From Trichoplax adhaerens (Eukaryota; Animalia; Placozoa), in NCBI RefSeq assembly GCF_000150275.1, contig NW_002060961.1, positions 997,777 through 1,009,537 on the forward strand: a DNA stretch of 11,761 bases. Direction: 5' to 3'. Shown piece by piece: positions 1 through 7,824 of the stretch; position 1 is the first letter of the stretch; each line of letters starts with the position of its first letter. Made by a program: the position numbers and the translations under genes. A model generated the notes under the pieces. The model was not told the DNA's origin and did no database searches. It was given only the letters and a program-made list of their open reading frames with translations.

Positions 1-78
1 GGTGACGGTAAAGTATTAGACAATACTAACCATGTCAGCGAGGTTTCTAATTAAAAACTAAAGAATTCCTTGTATAAC

Positions 79-3000
79 CTTTCCATAATTTCATTAATCT
101 TTTTTTGAAGCATATCTCGATCGTTTTCAGCATGATTTATTGAACGCTTGACCTCTTGACATTTTCTCTATACAGAATGGAATAAGGTGTTTAAAGATAA
201 CAGAATTACCATGATTAAGAATTTTTAAAAGCTTTTATCGAAGGTTGTATTAAAGATGAATACGCTTCAAATAAAAAAGTGAGCTGTGGTGAAACCATTA
301 CATTGCACGATAACTTTTCATCTTGACAGGACTTATTTTCTGCATCTAAACTGGCTTTCTTTTCTTGAAGGTTATGCAGCTTGTCAGTCAGCTTTGTAAT
401 TTCTAACTCTACAACTTTCCTTGATTCACTTAGCTTTTCTTTATCTTCCTAGATTTTAACGATGAATAAAGTAAAATTAATAGAGCTAGAATAAGTTGCT
501 TGAAATGAGATTTTCTAACTAACATTGATCGTGTTCAGTCTCTGTTTTACTTTTGCTATACTCTTTTTCAATCTGGGTTACTGCATCCTTAAATTGCTGC
601 AATTTCTAAAGAAAGAAAGGCAAATTTTACTAAGTTATAATGATGAAACTATACCGTGTCCGCTTTAGGAGTAAATTTTAATGCTTGCCTCTTCTTCAAT
701 GCGAACGTTCGCCCATGCAAGTGATACTTTGAGTTGTCGCAAGTCGTTCTCTATCTTATCCAAGTGATCAAGGAATCTCAATCTTGAGCGATGATACTCC
801 ACAACTTGTTTCTGCTCTTCTATGATCTGTCAAAATAGCCATTGTCGTTTACAAAATCGTTATAATAGAAAATTATTACTTTCTAATACGACTATAGTCT
901 ACTTAGAGTTACTAATATTTTCCATTTCACGATGGAAAGCGTTACTTACTTTTTCTTTCTTATTAACAGCAGCTAAGGAGTATTGCTGAGTATCAGAAGC
1001 ACAGATAAAGTTGTTATATTGTTGCTGAGTGGCTTTAAAAAAAAACTATTTAAAGATTAAAAAGTGTTACAATTAATGTTTAACGGGAAAGAAATGATGT
1101 TCTACAAAGGGGAGAAGGATTTTTAGGATTAGAGAAAAAGATTATGGAGAAAGTAGAATGATATTCACTTCAAGAATGGAAACAATCTGGTGAACGTACT
1201 TCATATTTTTTAGCTTCATTTTGAGATTCTAAAAATTCTCGGCTAGCATCTTGCGTAAGGAAGCAAGCTGGATTATCAATTTGTATATTATAATGTTCCA
1301 ATATATTTTGAAGTTCTTTTTTATCGTTGGCGATAATTCGACCTAATTGAGGAAGAAAGGGTGGAAATTTGGAAATGTCACCAAATCAATATAATAAGAT
1401 ACGATCTAATTCATTCATGAAGGTCAGAAGCAATCGTGATCTAACCGTTTGTAGACTTTAGCTTGCACGTGGAATGGCCATCTCTCCGAATCTGCCTTTC
1501 AAGGAAAATTTTGGGACCAAAATCTACTGCGCGATATGCATCGGGGCCGTTGTTTGCTAAAGTTATTATAATCCGAGCGTATCTACGACAAAGAATTCAA
1601 ATAATATTGATGCATTTCAACTGTTGAGCAATTTCTTTACTATGTAAAAATATATTTCAAATGAGAATATCCGTATTTTAGACCGATATGCGGTAGTATG
1701 CAATGGATAAAAAGTACAATATTAGATATTGTAAGTATTCCTTTGCGAAATTATCCCTTTATGCATAGTTCCAGTATGATTAACTATAATGACGACAACA
1801 AATAATGTAAGTATTCTTTCGCGAAACTTTCCCTTTTTGCATCATCTTGCATGACTGATTTATGTATCACCAGTAATTTAAAGCGATATCCAGTTGTATA
1901 TCAGTGGATAAAAAGTACTATCAATACCACTGTTCTTGTCAACAACAGATAATGTGAGTATTCCTCGGCGAAACCTCCCTTTATGCATAATCCTTGTATG
2001 ATTGATTTATGCATCGTTGGTAATTTTACAGCGATATGTAATTGTACGAAATGGATGAAAGTACTGTCTATCCAAGGTTGTTATTGACAACAACAGATTA
2101 TGTAAGTATTCCGTTTGTGAAAGTTTCCCCTTCGTACGTGATTAATTTACGCTTTATGTCGTTATCACTGGTAATTTTAGACCGATATGCAGTTGTATGC
2201 AATGGAAGGAAAGGATGATTTTAAAAGCGATATCTAGCTGTATGCAATGGATGAAAAGTACTATCTATTCGAGACTGTTATAGTCAACAACAGATTATGT
2301 AAGTATTGCTTCTCGAAACTTTTTCTGAAGTATAATCCTTGTATAATTGATCTAGGTATTACATAGTTATCACTGGTAATTTTAGATCGATATCCAGTTG
2401 TATGCAATGGATGGAAATTCTACATCTCCAATTGATATTGACAACAACAGGTCGTTAGTATTCCTTGGTGAAACTTTCCCTTTATACTGTACATAATCTT
2501 GCATGAGTGATTAAGGTATTCCAAACGCGTAGTTATCCCTGGTAATTTTAGACTGATATCCAGTTGTATGTAATGGATAGAAACTGTTCATCCAAGATTG
2601 ACATTGACAACAACAGATTATGTAAGTATTCCTTTGTCAAACTTTTCCTTTTATATGCGATAGTTTTGTATGATTGATTATATATGACTGTTAATTTAAG
2701 ACCGATATCCAATTGTACGCTATGGATGAAAAGCACTCTGTATCCGAGATTGCTGTTAACAACTATAGATTATATAAGTATTCCTTTGCGAAAACTTGAT
2801 GTATGATTGATTTATGTATTGCATACAGTTGTATGCAATGGATGAAAAGTACTACCTATCCAAGATTGTTAGTAACAAGAACAGATCATCAAAGTATTCC
2901 TCGGCGAAATTTTCTTTTCATGTAAAGGAGCCCTTTGCATGCTTGATCTTTTTTTTTATTAATACGTCTTTCTCTCCTTCACGATATCAAATAACCATCA

Positions 3001-6000
3001 TCTATTTGGATATACTCGGCCAATGTTGTAAGGATTTGAAGACGTTGAGTACAGTAGGAAATAAGGACTTTTAAAAGGTGCCTGGTAGGCAACAAGCGTA
3101 GTTTAACGGGTAGAGCAACTCAATCATTTCTTGATCTATTTTGCGAGCAAGACTGGCATGGACGGGAAAATAGTTTCAGTAGCTAGTATTCGGTGATGGG
3201 ATAGTGGTCGATTTACTGAACTACGATGTAGGTAAGACTGGATTAAAACCAATGTACTCAGATCAAATAATGTGCTATTCAAAATGACACTATTGGCAAC
3301 ATCGATTACAATCATCGGACATGTTGTCCATTAATTTAATATAGCGCATTGGTGGCAAAATAGTTATCAAAGAATGTTGACTAATAACGTAGCAATGCAA
3401 CCTACATACGCTAGCCAGAAGATATTAATGCGAATTCCTATGCTAAGACGATACTACTGTATCTTTTCCAGCTGTGGATACACTAGGGTGCCCATTCAAT
3501 GGATTATTTTGGAGATCATTTTACGCTTGTTGATGAAAATCGTTACTCGAATCTAGCTTAGCAACAGCATGGAACTATTTTTACTAGCAAGATGATACAT
3601 GTTGAGTCAATGGGCTTATTTTGGTTAGGTTGATGAAACTAATTTTGTTTAACAGCAGAGCGTAAACCTTCCGATCACTGTATGAATAAAATGATGGAAA
3701 GAAGAACTGCTGCCAATGCAAAAGGGCTTTACAATTTGAGAGTCAAGATGGCTGACATTGGATTTGCCTAAGCTTATCACTATAGGCCATTGAAATGCCA
3801 AGAAGATGGCACGAACTTGCCAGCAAATAGTAAAATACTTACTTGGCGTCTTTTTTAATGAATTCCTTCAAGGAAGAAGCTCGATTGGTAATGCTAGGAC
3901 GTCCACTTAAGCAAATGATGATACCAGTCATGATTGCACTTTTACCACCTAGATTGAAGATTAAACTATTTTATTGACATGACAGCCATGATAAAATTGA
4001 ATTGAATGTTATCGTAGTTCAATTGTTGCTAAGGTTAGGCTAAGAAAGGATCAAGCTTAGCAACAATCTATATCTGCTATAGTAGATACTTACTTCCATT
4101 TCTGCCAATGATGATATTGACATTTCCTCCTAATGTCATCTTCAGATTGGAATGGCACATAAAATTAATCAATTGGATCTGTAGGATTTTACCGCTTGTC
4201 TTTTGATCATCGCTTTGTGAATTATTGCTTTCTATCTGCAATTGGCAAGACCATGTAAGAAAAAATAATGTGTTAGTTCATTATAGAGTCGTTTGCTGTC
4301 AGTCAGCAATTTTCAAGACAAGGTAGTACGTTAAAGGTAGAAAAATGGAAGTTAGACTGATTGTGATGGAGTGCGGAGCGATGTAGGTGGAGAAGACGAC
4401 TGGCACATTGGACAGTGTTGATGATGAAGAAATGTGGCGTCATAATTGTTTGTAGGAGGTTGGTAGCCTAAATAAAGGATGGTCATCGAAAGACGTTCAA
4501 CTTTGAGGTCTAAAGTAGTCAACCTATTAGCGCAGAAAGATGAAGCTGCATTGTACAGTATTGATGTTGAAGAACCGCCATGATTGAATGTGTTTATCAT
4601 GTAGATGTCGAAGGCTGTTGTAGACAGGTTAGTGAATCTTTTTGCCATGGCAAACTTTAATCGTCATCTCACTAATTGATACTACAGTATAGTACTGTAA
4701 AAGTAGTAGCGGGATGAAGGCGATTCCAAGGTAGACTAGAATCAGACAAGAGGATAGCTAGTTATGATAGAAATGTTAGCTGACCGATTGCCATGTTTTC
4801 CAATGCAAGTGTTATCAAGTTAGAAAGCCAAGCAAGGCAGAATTAGACAGCATAGTGAAAGTGGATTACCATCGTGGTAAACTACTGTGCAAGGAAGAAG
4901 AATCGTTAGTGGAGCAATACTGTCGTCATGACGGGAATGTTAGGCTATCGATTCTTCCATTCGACTATTTGGATTGACACTCATCTTGGTGGAGTTGTAT
5001 AACATTGTAAAATCAATCTATTTCTCCATCGAGATGACAAACAAACTAAATGGACATGATTAGCATGGATCAAGTTGTATATATACACGGATGATTTTAC
5101 ATTGTTGACGGCATTTTGTGTGGGTTGAACGAGTCGTTTTGGCTATCACATCTCCATCCAAAAGATCAACGACGACATGGACACAATGGACCATGGTTGT
5201 TGGTTGTTCTCCTTTTCCAACAGGATTCTCTTTCTCTCTCATGCAGAATAAGCCATGATTAAGTAATCATCAAGCAGGAGAAGCATCGCTGATGCATATC
5301 CCTTTTCAGCTGCCGCATGGCCATCCACTTGATCGGATCAATAAATTTATCAACTTTTATCAAGTTATCCCATAGTCTAATACTAAGAAATGAAGCTATC
5401 GCGTCCTCGATCCTTGCAGCTTGCATTTTTCTCAACTTTATCAAGTTATCCCATAGTGTAATACTAAGAAATGCAGCTATCGCTTCTTCGATCCTTGCAG
5501 CTTGCATTTCTCTTAACTTTATCAAGTTATCCTATAGTCTAATGCTAAGAAATGCAGCTATCGCTTCCTCGATCCTTGCAGCCTGCATTTTTCTCAACTT
5601 TATCAAGTTATCCTATAGTCTAATACTAAGAAATGCAGCTATCGCTTCCTCGATCCTTGCAGCCTGCATTTTTCTTAACTTTATCAAGTTATCCTATAGT
5701 CTAATACTAAGAAATGCAGCTATCGCTTCCTCGATCCTTGCAGCCTGCATTTTTCTCAACTTTTATCAAGTTATCCTATAGTCTAATACATAGAATTGCA
5801 GCTATCGCTTCCTCGATCTTTGAAACCTGCATTTTTCTCAACTTTATCAAGTTATCCTATAGTCTAATACTAAGAAATGCAGCTATCGCTTCCTCGATCT
5901 CGCTTCTTTACAGCCTCCAAATTTCTCAACTTTATCAAGTTATCCTATAGTCTAATGCTAAGAAATGCAGCTATCGCTTCCTCGATCCTTGCAGCCTGCA

Positions 6001-6255
6001 TGTCTCTCAGCTTTATCAAGTTATCCTATAGTCTAATACTAAAAAATGCAGCTATCGCTTCCTCGATCCTTGCACCCTAATGTCTCTGATTGAATGTGAT
6101 CATTACCTGATCGTCGTCCAAGGCTTGTTCATCATGATGATCATGATCGCCATTTTCTTGTGATTCTTCACACGACGTTTTTTAGCTAGTAGATCACTAC
6201 TGACAATGGTACCATCAGCTTCATCATCGATCCATCGTTTACGTGTGTCGGCCAT
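79..6255 (-). CDS. SMC6: SMC6 copy B, 5' part (N-terminal ATPase lobe and coiled coil), continues beyond position 1; two apparent 1-nt frameshifts, so possibly a pseudogene or sequencing errors
   Basis: Exons: 6107-6255 (caacATGG; MADTRKRW..LLAKKRRV/EESQENGDHDHHDEQALDDDQ), 4094-4235 (GKILQIQLINFMCHSNL..NVNIIIGRNG), 3843-3948 (SGKSAIMTGIIICLSGRPSITNRASSLKEFIK; Walker A GRNGSGKS), 1446-1582 (YARIIITLANNGPDAY..FGPKIFLERQI), 1200-1342 (ILEHYNIQIDNPACFLTQDASREFL; Q-loop), 950-1045 (FFFKATQ), 689-826 (LKVSLAWANV), 524-605, 302-448, 79-167; ~409 codons. Exon 1 assignment is less certain because it needs a frameshift correction. Confidence 0.9.
606..688 (-). other. Probable non-canonical GC-AG intron in SMC6 copy B
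   Basis: Exon ends ..GAA GAA GAG|GCAAGC. There is no GT before the in-frame TAA, and the strong acceptor CTTTCTTTCTTTAG joins in phase 0. Confidence 0.7.
1672..2922. repeat. Degenerate ~150-bp tandem repeat, about 8-9 full or partial units, in intron 3 (1583-3842) of SMC6 copy B
   Basis: Recurring core GTAATTTTAGACCGATATCCAGTTGTATGCAATGGATGAAAAGTAC..GACAACAACAGATTATGTAAGTATTCC..GCGAAACTTTCCC..GTATGATTGATTTATG starting near 1675, 1875, 2022, 2174 (partial), 2218, 2378, 2544, 2693 and ~2820 (partial); many substitutions and indels. Confidence 0.93.
5350..6089. repeat. 81-bp tandem repeat (minisatellite), 9 units, in intron 1 of SMC6 copy B
   Basis: Anchor TTTATCAAGTTATCC begins at 5356, 5437, 5518, 5599, 5680, 5762, 5843, 5931 and 6012 (period 81, with one +1 and one +7 indel). 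Units are near identical with no unique spacers. Confidence 0.97.
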
Positions 6256-6770
6256 GTTGAATCTTCATCAATCGCATGAGGAAAGTAGAGAAGAAGCAAA
6301 GATTGCTGACTATCCAAGTGGATTTTGCCAATTTGGATGAATTTTTCCCGGTAAAAAAAAGCGATCAACAACAATGTTGTTAGGGGGCTACTCGTGGCCG
6401 CTACTACCACCCTGGCCAATCTTGGATGGTGTTTCGTTTACCCCGGTTGGAATTTTTTGCATACAATCTTCTTCAAGCCGTTGTACCATAGATGACGTCA
6501 GAGGGGAGGGGGGGGGGTCGACAAGTGAGGGTGATAGCGGAAATCATGGTGGAAAAGCGAGTGTAGTCATAGAAGGATAGCGGTGGTCGTCTTAGCCGAT
6601 GACCACGACGATCGATCCCTTGATACTAGCGCTCGACTTGAAGGCTTAACTAGACAATATGACATGGTGATCATGTTTCCCGACATAGTACAGTGAATAC
6701 TAGCCCACCATCAGGCAAGGCGGGAGTTTTCGATTTGAGGCGAAAGTAGTGTGCCCAACTGCGCATGTAC
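6256..6770 (-). promoter_or_regulatory. Putative promoter / 5' UTR of SMC6 copy B
   Basis: Locally GC/CpG-richer segment just upstream of ATG 6255. Contains E2F-like TTTTCCCG (6343-6350) and GGCGGGA (6719-6725), CCAAT (6416-6420), a perfect CRE TGACGTCA (6493-6500), a G-tract (6501-6517) and an NRF1-like TGCGCATG (6760-6767). Motif matches only; no transcription start is visible. Confidence 0.45.
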
Positions 6771-6970
6771 CCTGTGTTGACGGGGTAAAACACCTGTGTG
6801 GTGCGCGGCCCCGGTGGAGATGACATAGGGCGTTTCGTAAGCCCATACAGTACAAGAGAGACCATTTACAGTACGTATACTGTACGTACTGTACTGTATA
6901 CTGTACTGTAGGTCTCTCTGGTCGACCTTGTCCCATTTTGACGCAGGGATTACTATACAAAAAATTCGAC

Positions 6971-7173
6971 GTTGCACCGTCATCTAGAATGATCATCATG
7001 ATCATCATCCACAACATCCAACATTGACCTATTACTAACTGTAAATTTAGGACAAAAATTGGATACTAATAGTTAATCGCTTATCGCTATTAGCAATAAT
7101 CTAAAATTATTTTGGGGGGTTAAGGCGATAGCTTAGTTGCACCGTCATCTAGAATGTAATGATCATCATGATC
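6971..7173. repeat. Short direct repeat (33 and 38 bp) in the intergenic spacer
   Basis: GTTGCACCGTCATCTAGAATG(TAATG)ATCATCATGATC at 6971-7003 and 7136-7173. Confidence 0.85.
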
Positions 7174-7795
7174 GTGGCCTCGATTTATGTTTATTAATGA
7201 TTGTCGTGCTGCACATTATACAGATGCATGCCTAAACTGCTAGTAGAATACATTTGTGTATTCTATAAGACAACCATGGACCTGCTATGCAGGTCAGTAA
7301 ATCAAATCATCACATCGACAGAAACATTAACGAATAAATGAACTTTATTAGAGTTATATCAGTCGCAATAACTCCCTTATAATCATTCATAAACCGCTTG
7401 AAAGTATCATGGTTATCACCTAGTTGACGAGTCCAAAGATTGAAATTCGTATCGGTTGTAGCAGTCATAATACTAGTATAACGCACATTGAACAACATAA
7501 TGATGTACAGTACAACAACATTGCTAGCAAGAAATTCAGCAAATGACGTCATCGCTAAATCTAGTGCAATTAATTTTAAAACAGACAACTTTTAACCGAA
7601 GAAAGTAAATGTACAATTGTAATAAACAGTGGATATGGCTAATGTTGAATACCAAAGATTGTATAGAACAAGTTTGTAAAAATAGGAATCTAATTTCCAG
7701 CTTAAAATCAATCTAACCTGTACAGAATTATTAAACAGCAGATAAACAGCATAAAAGCGAACGTTTTACGGATAACAAACATTTAACACTACAGT

Positions 7796-7801
7796 TTTAT
7801 T
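7796..7801 (-). terminator. Probable polyadenylation signal (AATAAA) of SMC6 copy A
   Basis: TTTATT on the + strand, about 24 nt downstream of the TGA stop. Confidence 0.55.
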
Positions 7802-7824
7802 TAAAATACAGAAATGGACATATT

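Noticed and set aside
31-46. 16-nt microexon (RNLADM) between TAATTAG and GTTAGT
   Set aside because: It would need a 32-nt intron, far shorter than any other here.
2548-3556. ORFs 2548-2736, 2814-3074 and 3374-3556
   Set aside because: Short, intronic or repeat-derived, with no recognisable domain.
4352-4648. ORF starting MAKRF inside the palindrome TTTGCCATGGCAAA as the SMC6 first exon
   Set aside because: No convincing donor to join exon 4094-4235 and no SMC6-like composition; 6107-6255 fits better.
5350-6089. CRISPR array, or a membrane repeat protein from ORFs 5317-5781, 5714-5950, 5877-6080 and 5259-5525
   Set aside because: No unique spacers and a eukaryotic intronic context. The ORFs follow from an 81-nt unit and are broken by frameshifting indels.
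6680-6850. Hammerhead or HDV-like ribozyme, or tRNA
   Set aside because: CTGATGG and CGAAAC on the - strand do not form the CUGANGA/GAAA core with proper stems; no cloverleaf or box B.
6186-7588. Spacer ORFs (6186-6419, 6374-6580, 6671-6865, 6700-7017, 6711-6983, 7310-7588)
   Set aside because: Overlapping in several frames, low-complexity and without motifs; expected by chance.
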